This document shows positions 63,087 through 64,000 of a DNA stretch of 64,000 bases, one piece after another. The number at the start of each line of letters is the position of its first letter. The first letter of the stretch is position 1. This DNA comes from Leptolyngbyaceae cyanobacterium (lineage in GTDB: Bacteria; Cyanobacteriota; Cyanobacteriia; Phormidesmidales; Phormidesmidaceae): assembly GCA_050331235.1 (NCBI GenBank), contig JBHJHA010000012.1, forward strand, positions 1-64,000, given 5' to 3'. The translations under genes were made by a program, and so were the position numbers. The notes beneath the pieces were generated by a model that saw nothing but the letters and a program-made list of their open reading frames with translations, had not been told where the DNA came from and searched no databases.

Positions 63087-64000
63087 GTGCCCGTTAAGAG
63101 TTCTGTTTCCAACCAACTCCGTTTGATCGAAGACGAAACCCAGACACTGCTCCACTGGGCATCTTCGGTCATGGCCTCAGATGACACCTATTTTGGTCGT
63201 GGTCAACGACTCGCCAAACGGCTGGGGGCTCACTATCGACGAGATGGGTTGACTGAGTTTGGCTTTTGGACACCGGAACTAACGGCTGATGTAATCCAGT
63301 CTGAACGCTCTTTGGAGCTGGAGATTTTTACTCCCCTAAGTCCCATCAAGTTCCAAGAGCCGCGACAAACTATTGAATTTCAGCGAGCTCTGGTACCGGT
63401 GCGACAGCAGGGCGAGTTTTTGTGGGCGGTTGTTGCCGGCGTCAAGGCTGGTAACCGGACAACTGCTGGATCATTTTACTGGCTCCGCTATGTTGACGCT
63501 GATCAGCGCGTACACATCATCCGTGATCCATTGGCGTATTCCACTCCCTACGGAGTGTTTGCCCCTGCCGAGGTTTACGATATGCGGCGGCTGCAGCGAC
63601 GCCGAGCTGATCTCAGCTACTTTCGCCACACGGCCGCTCCCAAGGGGATTCCTGATGCCGATATTCCTCGAGTCCCAACACCGACCAATATCCTACAGAT
63701 TCATGTCAAGACCGCGTCTCACGAAGGGAGCTTAGAGGGCTTAGCCCGGACTTTTGAACGCATCTCCAACAAGATTTCAGCGGATGAAGCGCTGACGTCG
63801 GCAGACAAAGTTTATTGCGGCTACGATGCGGTGCAGCTCTTACCCGTCGAGCCCACCATTGAATATCGGCGCGAAGACACTAACGTTGAGCATGAATTTT
63901 TTGCGCTACAAACTTTGCTTTCTCCCTCGGGAGAGACCAATCCGACTGAGGCGGATGAATCTGCGACAACGGTTACCGTTACCCTACGCAAACCCGACAC
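63087..64000 (+). CDS. gghA: Glucosylglycerol hydrolase; runs off the window end
   Basis: Not in the ORF track; from GTG 63087: RLGAHYRRDGLTEFGFWTPEL, GSFYWLRY, DPLAYSTPYGVFAPAEVYD, GYDAVQLLPVEPTIE; divergent from ggpS. Confidence 0.85.
   Translation, partial: MPVKSSVSNQLRLIEDETQTLLHWASSVMASDDTYFGRGQRLAKRLGAHYRRDGLTEFGFWTPELTADVIQSERSLELEIFTPLSPIKFQEPRQTIEFQRALVPVRQQGEFLWAVVAGVKAGNRTTAGSFYWLRYVDADQRVHIIRDPLAYSTPYGVFAPAEVYDMRRLQRRRADLSYFRHTAAPKGIPDADIPRVPTPTNILQIHVKTASHEGSLEGLARTFERISNKISADEALTSADKVYCGYDAVQLLPVEPTIEYRREDTNVEHEFFALQTLLSPSGETNPTEADESATTVTVTLRKPD

Overview
Cyanobacterial chromosome segment (dense HIP1 GCGATCGC, petN, hetR), most consistent with a salt-tolerant filamentous, probably non-heterocystous Leptolyngbya-like strain (inference). 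Housekeeping genes: hisZ, suhB, ferredoxins, tRNA-Ser, rplS-tRNA-Trp-secE-nusG-rplK-rplA-rplJ-rplL, map, petN, rsmB, aroA, clpC, rimI, lysA-cdaA-uppS, leuC, rsmE. Glucosylglycerol genes: ggtBCDA, ggpS-glpD-gpsA and divergent gghA. No IS, prophage or CRISPR was seen. Most notable: (1) a hetR locus with a PatX-like secreted precursor carrying three RGSGR motifs, next to a HetR with Ala at the Ser152-equivalent; (2) a Pho-box-led module of pstS, a binding-site-altered pstS paralog and two paralogous TonB-anchor proteins sharing an unrecognised C-terminal domain, with no pstCAB; (3) a TetR fused to an apparently dead tyrosine-recombinase fold, divergent from a desaturase, with two copies of a palindromic operator. 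Smaller items: a possible L10-leader attenuator, a LexA-type box, a candidate sRNA and an untracked small membrane ORF.
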